Below are positions 49,261 through 60,735 of a stretch of 64,000 bases of DNA, one piece after another (within the stretch, counting starts at the first letter, position 1; each line of letters starts with the position of its first letter). The notes below the pieces were generated by a model. That model was given only the letters and a program-made list of their open reading frames with translations. It made no database searches and was not told the DNA's origin. The position numbers were made by a program, and so were the translations under genes. The stretch is from Isurus oxyrinchus (taxonomy: Eukaryota), in contig JANJGN010000013.1 of NCBI GenBank assembly GCA_026770705.1, positions 38,006,001-38,070,000 of the forward strand. The letters run 5' to 3'.

Positions 49261-50639
49261 AAAAGGACAGCAATGCCCAAAAATGGCTGGGAATGACCTA
49301 TCTATTCCTGCCATCGCTGGCATAATCTTTCCCTAGGTCCACCACTTGCTTCAGGTCAAATTGTCCCTTCTAATATGCAAATCAGGTTGCGAGAATTCTA
49401 TTTGCCATTTTAAGACAGCACTGGTGAGAGAAATCACGAGCCTTGGGTGTGCTTTTGTGGGTTGGGAGAGAGTGGAGGCAGGAAGGTGTCAAGGGAAATC
49501 AAGGAGCCTAGAAATCAGGGCTAGAGAGGGGTTGGGAGGAAAATTGGAGGAGCAGCCAGGGCCTCAGAGTTGGTGATTGCTACTCAGCTCAGTTTAACCA
49601 TCTTTGACTTCCTTTGGACAAAATCGTGAGAGACAATGAAATGTTTTAATGACATGATCAGTCAGTGGACATCATAAAGCTGACTGTGTTTGTCTAGTGC
49701 AATGCGTAGTCAAGAGACAACTTCTAGAATCGAATACAAGCAAAACAGATGAACAATGGAATGCTGAAACTACAGCAAAAAATTCCTAGATTTTGCTGCA
49801 AAGTTTCCTGTCATGGTAGTGAATATTTTCCTGCAGAAGCCACTAGTAAATATGACTGTTAATTTCCTTCCCCAGTTTTATATACGAACCTATCCTCTAC
49901 TGTAATTATTGTAAACCCAAAGGAAAAAATGAAAAAAACGCAACACTGGGACACTTATCACACACGCAATATATAGCTTATGTACCTACAAAAGTTGTGT
50001 GAAAATGTGTAGTATTTTCCACCTCTCCACCATAGTATTTGAGAATGTAAAATGCTTATCTTCCTTGCTACAAAGCTGCTGTGAATAAGGAACACATCTC
50101 TGTTTCAAACACCTCAAGAATATTGTTCATTCTGTCTAATGCGCTACCTGCTTCAGCCATGGGTTCATAGCTCACACCGTCTCCATGTTCTCTGTAATAA
50201 TTCACCAGTTGAATCTATCTGTCACAGAAGATGGATTGGATGGGTATAACAGCACCACAGTTGGTATGTAACTTTTATAGTCTATATGCACACCTGGGAG
50301 CTAACATTGACAGTAACATATGCTGTAGCTCTTAAGTGCATCATTCTTTTCCCCCAGGAATCTAGTCTTTGTCTTTGTAGGCCACATAGGTTTGTATCAT
50401 GCAGCTTTGGAGGCTGCAGGTGACATTGAAATCAATGGTCCCATAAAGCGGCATATATCTCCAGCAACATATCTACCAACATGTCTTGGCATTTGATTCA
50501 GAATTTATCCAATATTGAGCCAACAGCATTAAATACAGAGAATTCCAAGCCTGTAGACCAATCAAACAAGTCCAACCAGTATGCACCATAGTTGCAAACA
50601 GAATGGAATTGCTTGGGCTTCCTAAACCAGATTAGCCAG

Positions 50640-51730
50640 ACACTGGGGTATTTAGTTTTATGAGACAGAGTTCGGGCACTCGCTATTTTACTTTGGATGT
50701 ACTGAAGAAGTCAGGTCAGTAAAAGTAGTCTTATGGAGAGGAGAGGGGTTAATTTAAACAGCACTAATTTCTCCTCACCACCTGTGTGTAAACACAAAGA
50801 TGGTTTTATTTGTTTCCCTCTTTATAGCAGTGGTGTATTCCCCAACCTTTTGGCTTTAGTGCAATCCAATTTTCTACTAATAACCCCACAGCAAACTTAA
50901 GATAGGATGAACTCAAAGGGCTAGCTTATTTGCACACACTCAAAAACATGAAAAGAGGGTTTGCAACATACCCCCCTACACCCTTTGCATTCATACAGTA
51001 AAACAGGGATAGAGAAAAGAAGGTTTGATAGCGCAGAGTCCACAAAAGCTAAATATTGGTTCACGTGGGTCCAGAGGCTGGAGTACAATGAAGTATTTCT
51101 TCATGGAGGTCAGTGGGCTGAAAACCAATGCTGTTTAATTCACTTTTCAGGTGGTGTTTACTTCACACGATGAGATGGACACGCAGGGAGGAATCAGTCT
51201 TGTAGGTTATGGTACATAGTTTCCAGCAGAAGCAGTGTGGATGAGGCCAGGTATTCAACCTGGGCAGAGCTCCTTGTCTGTGAGGCTGCTAGTTAAATGG
51301 TAAACAGCAGACTGGGACTTTGCAGTTCAGCAAGGCAATATTGCTAGTTGCACGAGCCAGAGGCCCTTGTCACATGACTCCCACAACAGCATTAAATACA
51401 GAGAAGTCCAAGCCTGTAGACCAATCAAACAAGGCTGTCTTTGACAAAGGACGTGTATAGCTCGTCTGGGTCCCCGAGATTGTTAAATGTCTCAACCACT
51501 AATAATTGAAAGGAATTTTGTGTGTCCTTTGTCTTAGCAGCTGAGCCAGCCTGGCTTATGAAATACAGATGGCCTTTGTATAGCTTGGCCTTCTTTGAAT
51601 TTGGTCTGTGTAACCCACAGAGTTAGTGGCTTTTCAGGGTTAATGATCTGCGAGTTTCCCCAATACTGTCAAGTAGGTTCTTTTTTTCAAGTCAGACAGA
51701 CATAGGTTCAGCCATTTTAGGTCTTTGTCC
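50640..51730 (-). mobile_element. Possible solo LTR remnant
   Basis: Minus-strand aataaa near 50805, gtcacatgac motif, LTR-like composition; no second copy in the window. Confidence 0.3.
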
Positions 51731-51959
51731 AATTTGAAATTCTTAGAGATCGCAATGAGCATATCTCTATATATTTGATATTAATAAAAACAGGGTGAGG
51801 TCTTAGTCCCTCAAAATGGCGATATCTGGTGAGCTAATTTTCTAAATAACAAAGTAAAAACTCTGGCCTACTATTTTTCCCCAATGATTAACTAATGCAA
51901 AGGGTTGTTGCGAGTCAGTGCTTTATGCACACAATCAGTATATTGAATTGTCAAACGGT

Positions 51960-52278
51960 AAAGCACAGGAGGCCATTTGATTCACTGAGTCCATGCTAGC
52001 TTTCTGCAAAAGCAATTTAGCTGGTCCCTCACCCAGCCAGTTCCCTGTAGCCCTGTGAATTTTTTCTCTGCAGATGCTTATCCTTTTTAACGCCACAATT
52101 GAATTTGTCTCACTGCCCTCTCAGACTGCACTTTAGATCCTAATCATTCACTGTGTAAAGAAGATTTTCCTCATGTTACCTTTGGTTCTTTTACTAATCA
52201 CCTTAAATCTGTGTCCTTTGTTTCTCAGCCCTTCCACCAACAGGAAGTATTTCTCTCTATTCACTCTGTATAGACCAT
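51960..52278 (-). mobile_element. CR1 3' end fragment
   Basis: RVNREKYFLLVEG..GHRFKVISKRTKGNMRKIFFTQ. Confidence 0.75.
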
Positions 52279-52279
52279 A

Positions 52280-53103
52280 GCCCGGACCTTCTGCGAAGTA
52301 GCAATCATCATTGGACTGCTGCTCCACTTGAACTTTTCCATTCCCAGATGCTACTCTGCTGTTCTTGCTGGGTCCTCCAAGCTCAGCCTCTTCAGAATGG
52401 CAGAATGGAGTGTCCATCGGAGAACTCCATCGCAAAGCTGTAGAGTCAGGGTGAAGACTAGACATGCCCCCTTTTTAGCTGATGCAGCATAAGTTTAAAG
52501 GGTCAATGTGAGTTAGTGAATGGGTGGGTGGATGAATGAGTGAATGGATAGCATGGTAGGGTGGGTAGGCGGTTAAGGTAATTGTGTAGGATGGCAATTG
52601 GATAGGGTGGCAGGTGAGTAGGTTGGCAGGTGGATTGGGAGATAGTGGGGTCAGGTTGGGAGGCCGAGTCAGGTTAGATTGATGGGGTAATGAGGTTGGA
52701 TTGACAGTGGTCGGGAGTTGGGTGGGGGGGGGGAGCGCCGGGATTTGAGGGACTGGGGGGACTCGGGGTGGGTCACTGTGAGTGATTGGGGTTCTGTTCT
52801 GGAGTTACCCAGGAGTTGGACTAGGATTTTTCTGTCTGACATTTCCTGGGTAATCATTCAGGTATGTACTGCGGAACTGTCTGAAGTCTCCGACTCTTAC
52901 TCAAGGCCAGAGACATTCACAGAGGGCTCCAGGGAGCAGGGGAATTTCCCATTGGAAATTGAAACAACTCAGGCAATTGTCATGGAGGTCAGCACATCCA
53001 GACTTCCACAGAGGTCAGAAAGTCTGGACTTGCGCAGGGTCTCAATGTGCATCTAGGGTCATAAGTCCGGTCTCCGACAAACCAGAGACCGGAAGATCTG
53101 GCC
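52280..53103. mobile_element. Probable non-autonomous DNA transposon (different Harbinger-like MITE)
   Basis: Imperfect TIRs gcccggaccttc/gaagatctggcc; truncates the CR1 fragment; G-rich interior. Confidence 0.4.
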
Positions 53104-54002
53104 ATTATTTATAATGTAACAAATAGCTACCAGTTGGCCTGTACAAGTCCTGCTCTGCAATGTTGGAAGGGAGAAAGACAACACAAAAACATTTGCCATT
53201 TGTTTTAAACTTCATTTATTTCATTTTCTCTTTGTCCCTTTGGTTTTGCTGCATAGGCATCCACCTCCACAGAGAGGATGCCCCGGAGGCCTGATCCCAG
53301 ACCTTGACAAGTGCTACTTTATTATGGAGGACTAAGAGAAGGTATTTGAGAGGGGGAATTGGGTACTAATTTATCTGATTTTTATTTTCTTCCACTTGCT
53401 TCCTCCTCATCATATAGCACTCTTGGGATTGGATAGTTGTTGTGCAGTAACTCAAATTCTTCATAAAGTGTTTCCTGTGGGCTTTTATTTTCAAAAAGCA
53501 TTTCCTTTTCCAATAGGAAATTGAAAACACTCAATCAGATGATAAACTTGGGAAATTGTTTAATTTGTTGGGATTTAATTGATGCTTCTTAATTCATTTT
53601 TTCAAAAAACGTAAAAAGGACAATAGATCATGAGATGACCACTAATTAAAAAACATTACATTTTGATCCAACAACTTTGTAATAATCCTAGCCTTCATCC
53701 CCGTTAGGATTTGATGGCAATGTTGGACAGACTGCTGTCCCATCTGAGTGACAGGGCAACTAGCAGAACTGTGGCATACATGACAGAACCTCCTACAGTT
53801 AACAATTAGATAACACTGATAATGCTTAAGAGGAGCTCTGTACCTCAGCCCTTCTTCTGGGCATCTATAAAGGAGGGGAGGAGGAAGTCCTTCAGAAAGT
53901 ATACATGGATCAATAGATACAATGAGATTGAAAACCCTTGTAATCGTTTTGCCCTCTTTAGTCCAAAAATACTCAGCTCAACTGTATTTCCACCAACTGA
54001 TA

Positions 54003-55240
54003 CACAGGAACAAGAGAAGGTCATATAGCCCCTCAAGCCTGTTTCGGCATTCAATGAGATCATAGTTGATCTGTGACTAAACTCCACATACCTTTCTTGA
54101 GCTTAGGTAACTCATAGAGTAACAGAGGTCTACAGCACAGAAAAAGGCCCTTCAGCCCATTGAGTCTGTGCCGGTCAAGCAAATACGTAACTATTCTAAT
54201 CCCACTTTCCAGCACTAGGTCTACAGCCTTGTATGCCATGGCATCGCAAGTGCACATCCAAATGCTTCTTAAATGTTATGAGGGTTTCTGCCTCTACCAC
54301 CCTTTCAGGCAGAGAATTCCAGATTCCTACCACCCTCTGGGTGTAAAAAATTCTTCCTCACATCCCCTCTAAACCTCCTTCCTCTTACCTTAAATCTATA
54401 CCCCCTGGTTATTGATCCTTCCACCAAGGGGAAAAGTTCCTTTCTGTCTACCCTATCTATGCCCCTCATAATTTTATACACCTTAACCAGGTCCGCCCTC
54501 AATCTCCTCTGCTCCAGGGAAAATAACCCCAGTCTATCCAATCGCTCCTCATAACTAAAACTCTCCAGCCCAGGCAACATCCTGGTAAATCTCCTCTGCA
54601 CTCTCTCTAGTGCAATCACATCCTTCCTATAATGCGGTTCCAGAACTGTACACAATACTCTAGCTGCGGCCTAACCAGCACTTTATACAATTCCAGCATA
54701 ACCTCCCTACTCTTATATTCTATGCCTCAACTAATAAAGGCAAGTATCCCATATGCCTCCTTAACCACCTTATCTACCTATCCCAATACCTTAAGGGACC
54801 AGTGGACATGTACGCCAAGGTCCCTCTGATCCTCGATACTTCCCAGGGTCCTACCTTTCATCGTGTATTCCCGTGCATCACCTCACACTTATCCGGATTA
54901 AATGCCATTTGCCACTGATCAGCCCATCTGACCAGCCCGTCTATATCCTCCTGTAATCTAAAGCTATTCTCCTCACTATTTACCATCCCACCAATTTCCA
55001 TGTTATCCACGAACTTACTGACTAACCCTCCTCCATTCAAGTCTAAATCGTTTATATATACCACAAACAGCAAGGGACCCAACACCGATCCCTGTGGAAC
55101 CCCACTGGACACAGGCATCCAGTCACAAAAACACCCCTCGACCATCACCCTCTGCTTCCTGCCACTCAGCCAATTCTAGATCCAATTTGCCAAATTTCCT
55201 TGGATCCCACGGGCTCTTACCTTTGTTATCAGTCTCCCTC
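54003..55240 (-). mobile_element. CR1 LINE 3' part (RT C-terminus), with a second short CR1 tail at 54003-54110
   Basis: SGVPQGSVLGPLLF..KFVDN, ALERVQRRFTRMLPG..YEERL..LEQRRLRADL. Confidence 0.88.
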
Positions 55241-55399
55241 AGTACAGATTAGGGCATTCTTTGCTCCATGGTTTGGAGTAGACAGTATCTTTACCCATTA
55301 GGCTACTGGGAAACAGTCAGGTTTTAAAGCAAAAGCATAAGCATGGAGAAAACTAAACTCCTTGATCAACTATAACTACTATACGGGTGCCTTTGGAGT

Positions 55400-55525
55400 G
55401 ATGCACTACAGATTTTCTACATTACAGTAGTGATTTCACTTCAAAAAGTACTTCACTGGCCATACACCAATATGAGACGTCCTGAGTTCATGAAAGGCAC
55501 TACATAAATTCAAGTCTTTCTTTCT
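55400..55525 (+). mobile_element. Deu-domain SINE 3' tail fragment
   Basis: ctacattacag..cacttcaaaaagtacttcactggc..tgaaaggcactacataaattcaagtctttc. Confidence 0.55.
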
Positions 55526-56533
55526 ATATCCAACGCACATGATAAATTGAGAGCCAATTGTTGAATACATTTAAATCTATAGAGCATATTGGGCACCTTA
55601 CCATAGAATATATGAGAAACACTTGTTATTTTCTTCATCAAAATGTTTATTTCATGACAGATTAATATGTTTTTCTTCACACTTTAATGTTCAACACACA
55701 CCTCTTTTTAATTAAAAACATTATATGGTTGCTTCTGTATAACTGGAATCTGATTGGAATGAAGTTCTGCACCCCATGAGGCGCTTCCATTGAACGTACG
55801 GCAGGGATTAATGGGTTAATTGCTGCTACTCTGCTGGATACAAAAGCAGAATGCGAAGCTTCTAACTCAATTATTTTCATCGTAGTGAATTTTAAAAGAG
55901 TCACCATGATGGCTTGTGTAGAGTAAATGAAAATCCAGTGTGTTTAAAGGTGATAGGACCCTCAGCTCATTGCACTATCTGATTAAGGGAATTACAGCTC
56001 CATTGAAAACAAAAAGCAATCAAAAGGCCCTGGGACTCAAAAAAAACAATATTGAAGAGCATTGCAATTTCAATTTTGGAATAGCTGGCTGCATCAGTTC
56101 CATTTGTGTTATGTTTCCCCAGTGGTGGTAACTGTAGAACTTTTCCAACAGACTTTGCCATTCTATTCAGCACTACCTCACACCCAACATTTAACAGGCA
56201 AGCTTTGCACCATCAGCTATGGTTTTCTGCATTCTGTCACCACCAGTTCTCACAAAATAATCTCAACTCACAGCTACAGATAATTATTCAAAAGTTCAAT
56301 TTTAAAAATATTAATTCCACTATTGTGAGAATGGGTGTATACTTTAAAATATTTTTTGGGAAATATTGTTATTTCTGTGAAGAGGTCTGTGTGTGTGTAA
56401 ATGATTTAATTAAGCTGGGGAATGGTTACTAGAAACAGGTTGTCTGGGAGGTTAAGACATGAAAGGATAGAGGCGTTAGGTGTTCATTTGTAATGGGATA
56501 TTATGGTGGGTTTGAGGTACAAGAAAATAGGTT

Positions 56534-57837
56534 GGATCTAACATTTACATTTTTGGGCCGCTGGCATCGGGCGTGCTTGGCAGCATGAGTAGGCAATATG
56601 GCGAGAAGGCCAGAAATCGGTTTCACAATGTCATCAAACCAGTTTGTGATCGTCCACTCAACCTATCGATGGCAGGCCACGTTCCCCGCCATCAGACGTT
56701 GGGAACCTCATTGTAGTATATCTGCATATCATTAAAAGGCTAGCCCGCCAGACTCAGCCCCCCACCTCCCCCCTCCCCCACACTGGATTGTCCACCCACA
56801 TTGGGGCGCAAGCACATCGACGTGTTTCACAACTGCATATACGTCACGTACACTTGGCGAGCTGCACTCCACTCGGGACTTCAAGGTTTGTTTGCCCATC
56901 TTGCTTTGAGCAGCACTGACAGTCATCAGTGCCAGGCTTCACAGACAGCACCACAGCAGTTTTAGGGGGGCTCATGGGCAGGTCTCTATCTACCAGGCCA
57001 GCCATAAAGGGTGGTTTTGTACTACTGCAGGGCTAGGGCTTGCTTGGGGAAGGGGGAGAAGTGGTCTCAGGCAAGAGAAGAAGCTGCAGGGTGAGATCTG
57101 TACTGAGGAAGGAGGATGTCTCAGGGTTTGTCTGGGAGAAAAAGTTGATCTATGCAAGTGGCCTCAAGATGGCGACAACTGAGGAGGCAGTGTCTTGAGG
57201 AGATTAGGCCAGATGGAGATGTGAGAGAGTGGGTGGTGATGTCCTTTGAGCTGGCAGTGAGTGAGATGCCAGTGAATGTGTGATGGGCTTGAGTGTGTGA
57301 GTTTAGAGTGATGAGATGGTTGCCTTACCCTGGTGGCACAGATGGGATCATTCATCCTCTATCTGCATTGGATGGCCAACCTCTTCTGTGCAACGTTGGC
57401 ACTGATCACCATTGCCATTGCCTCCCAAGCTGGAGTGGTAATGTTGCTGCTCCTCCTTCAGCCAGAGTAGGGTTAGAGGACATCAGGGCAGACCTCCACC
57501 ACATCCAATAGGTGCTCGAGGGACACGTCACTAAATCTGGGGGCTGCAGACTTTTCGCCTTTCGGGGTCATGTCTTATTTGCAACAGTACTGGGCTGGAA
57601 GCTCTGAGATGTGTGTGTGCGGTTGTACTTTATATGTGACGCTTGGCATGACGAAGCGGCAAGGTGAGAACGTGACTGGTGAATCAGAGCCCACCCGCCA
57701 TAGAAACTGGGAATGCATAATTAATGTGGCGGGTTTGGGATGATATGGTGTGAGAAGCTGTTCTTGCGGCTGGAAGGTAAAATGTCATTTTACCCGCCCG
57801 CTACCGCACTTAGTGCAAATCTGGGACCATTCCGTCC
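56534..57837 (-). mobile_element. Harbinger deletion derivative retaining the Myb/SANT exon
   Basis: TIR-like right end accattccgtcc; CpG-rich subterminal sequence resembling the MITE ends; Myb exon on minus strand. Confidence 0.65.
57329..57571 (-). pseudogene. Harbinger Myb/SANT-like protein exon 1, decayed
   Basis: MTPKGEKSAAPRFSDVSLEHLLDVVEVCPDVL*PYSG*RRSSNITTPAWEAMAMVISANVAQKRLAIQCR*RMND..TR|gtaagg. Confidence 0.78.
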
Positions 57838-58327
57838 TTTAGATAAGTAGAGAGTTAATTTGAATATCAAAAGGGAGTCAGGGGTGGCAAAAAACATCTT
57901 TTCATCTTATAGGGGTTCCATGGGTACATAGAAGAGTGTATATTACATTTTATTGACCTGAAGGCTGAGACAAAACAGAAACATGAAAAATTTTATATTT
58001 GGAAGGATCTGTGTTTGAACCTGAGATGAAAGGGGGAAAGAGATATTCTCGAGTTACCGTGAAGAGCTTGGGGGGTGGCTGCTGGGGATTGGCTGTTGGT
58101 CTCCTGTAAACAGCTCTAGGCTAGGAGAAGATGTAGTTTGAATCAGCCATCCAGTCAAGTCACGAAAGTCTTGAGCTGCAAAACACAGACTTGTTATGAA
58201 GTCTTGGATTTCCACAGCAGATTGGAAGAGAGTTTAGAAGGTCATGTGGTTTGCCTTTATTAAAGCTACAGCAGTTTGCCTTGCATAATATTACTGGATT
58301 TTTCTGGTTAAACATCTATAAGGGAAT

Positions 58328-58561
58328 AAAAACAAAAAACTGCGGATGCTGGAAATCCAAAACAAAAACAGAATTACCTGGAAAAACTCCGCAGGTCTGG
58401 CAGCATCGACAGAGAAGAAAAGAGTTGACGTTTCGAGTCCTCATGACCCTTCTACTTAGTTCTGTCGAAGGGTCATGAGGACTCGAAACATCAACTCTTT
58501 TCTTCTCCGCCAATGCTGCCAGACCTGCTGAGTTTTTCCAGGTAATTGTTTTTGTTTTGTG
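58328..58561. mobile_element. Fold-back PLE tail insertion with perfect 14-bp TSD
   Basis: TSD atctataagggaat (58314-58327 and 58562-58575); arms are reverse complements meeting at gacccttc-tactt-agttctgtcgaagggtc. Confidence 0.92.
58458..58496 (+). ncRNA. Hammerhead-like motif (core CUGUCGA)
   Basis: agttctgtcgaagggtcatgaggactcgaaacatcaact. Confidence 0.6.
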
Positions 58562-59606
58562 ATCTATAAGGGAATGTTGCCTAGAAGATGTTTACTTGCG
58601 GGTCTGATCAAGTGAGGAGTTGTTTGGGGGAATGTTTTGTAAGGCTAGCTTTAACTTTGTAACTATAATCTTGTGTGCTTAAGTTTTCTTTTCTTCTTTT
58701 AGTAAAAGTTTTACTTTTAAATTTTTAAATCCCAAAAGTGTCACTGGACTTCTTGCTGCTGAGATCAGTACATTTTCTTCTCCTTTTCAGAATACAAAAA
58801 AAGGGTATAAAATAAAAAAAAACAAAATAAGCCAAATTTCCCTCTGGGATTCAGTTTACCCAGTGGTTAACATCTGCTGTGGCCCTAACACTATACTTAA
58901 TTTTAAAACAAACTGCTCCAATATATTCAATTTAAAGAGAGATTATTTGACTAATCAGATTTAAATTAATAGTGATTTTATAATATCAGTAAAAAAATAC
59001 AAGGGAATCCTATGCAGTATTTGTCACCTCCAAGTTCTTTCACCTACTCCAGTGCTTTCACATAACAGACTGTTAGCTGCAATTAAGGCTCACGGATTGA
59101 AGGTACCACCACCTTCTCAAAGGCAATAAGGTAATAATTTCTAGCCTTACCAGCAATGCTCACAAATATAACAAAAAATAATGAACTGGTTAGGAGATTA
59201 AGGAATAGAAGCCAGGCAGTAGGGATAATGGGCATGTACTTGAATTGAAAGGAAATGACTAACGTTGTCCTGCAAGGATCTGTGCTGGGATCAGGAACCC
59301 CATTCCATGATTTGCAATTTTGTTTTCATTTCAGGCCTTCAGTATCCGCAACATTTTGTTTTTGTGCACTTTGTGGTTGCCATTTCCCAGGGCAAACCAA
59401 TTAGCAGCCAAGTTCTGTGACCAAATAGGGATGGCAGGCTGGATGATGGTTCTACTGCAGCAGTGAAGGATCTCTGTTTAAAGGGTCCCCTGCAGAATTG
59501 TGGGAAAACAGGCAGTGTGAGGAAGGAAAGAGTAGGAGCATGGATGCCAGACATGGAAAGGTTGACCCACACCCTTTCACCCCGCCGCCCCCAACCCTAG
59601 TTCAAC

Positions 59607-59772
59607 CCTAGTTCAGAGATTTGTCCCTGGAGGTAATGATACAAGCAGTTAGGGAATAGGAAGGAGTCCTCTTCCAGGAGGATGGCAAGAGGAGGCCAGG
59701 CAGCTTCACCGGGCACGCGTGGCTTCAAGTGCTGAGGCAGTGAACAGTAGGAAGTGTGGTGCCAAGGACAAA
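59607..59772 (+). pseudogene. Harbinger Myb/SANT-like fragment
   Basis: FRDLSLEVMIQAVRE*EGVLFQEDGKRRPGSFTGHAWLQ..(frameshifts)AEAVNSR..VVPRT. Confidence 0.65.
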
Positions 59773-60287
59773 ATATTGCTGTGCCACCACCTCTGGTGTG
59801 TTTGTACTGCTTGTGGGACAGGACATACCCAGAGATGGTGTTGGAGGAGTCTGGGACTTTGGTTGTGAGGTATAATTCTGTGAGTATGACTATGTCAAGC
59901 TGTTACTGATTAGTCTGTTCTCCTGATTCTGGCATTCAACGAAAGCATGAGTTTTTGAGACCTACTTATTGTCATGGTGTCTAAATGTGTTGGATCCACC
60001 AATGAGCCTGATCAGCTAAATGCTATTGCATGGCCTGTGCCACCTTGATGAGGAGGTAAGACTGTGAAAGTGATGGGTAGACTTGTGTCTTTGGGGTGGG
60101 AAGTTGCTGTTGGGGAGGGTGGGGGGTGTTGTCAGGGGAGTAATTTAATGCTGCAAGCTTTAGGTGAAACATGATGAGGGCACCATGGGCTTAGCAAGCA
60201 GGCAGGGCTTCAGGCACCAATATAAAATCAGGATGCTCTTCCTTCTCCTCTGGAGATGCCAGCCCCTCTCCATCTGGTGCCAGTTAT

Positions 60288-60735
60288 GAACATATGAATT
60301 AGGAGGAGTAGGACATTTGGCCCCTCAAGCCTGCTCCATCATTTGATAAGGTCATAGCTGATCTGATTGTGGCCTCAACACCGCTTTTCTGTCTACCCCC
60401 AGTACTCTTAAATTCTTGATGAAAAAGGGAGTCAATCTACATCTGCCTTAAAATTATCCAACAACTCTGCCTCCAATCCTTTCTGAGGAAAGGAGATCTG
60501 CAGACTCACGACCCTCTATGAGAAAAAAATTCTCTTCATCTGTCTTAATGGGAGACCCCTTATTTTTAAACTGTGTCCCCTAGTTCTAGTCCTCCTACAA
60601 GGGGAAACATCCTTTCAGCATCCACCCTTTCAAGTCCGCTCAGGATCTAATATGTTTCAATAAGATCGCCTCTCATTCTTCTAAACTCCAATGGATACAG
60701 GCTTAGCTTTCATCATATAACTCCCTCATCCCATT
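60288..60735 (-). mobile_element. CR1 3' end fragment
   Basis: Homologous to 767-1200 and 17095-17520. Confidence 0.82.

Larger units (their letters stand above)
56385..58890 (+). mobile_element. Probable solo LTR hosting a Harbinger derivative and a fold-back PLE
   Basis: Terminal ccctaaca preceded by agtaaaagtttt; non-coding sequence continues across both insertions; left boundary uncertain. Confidence 0.35.
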
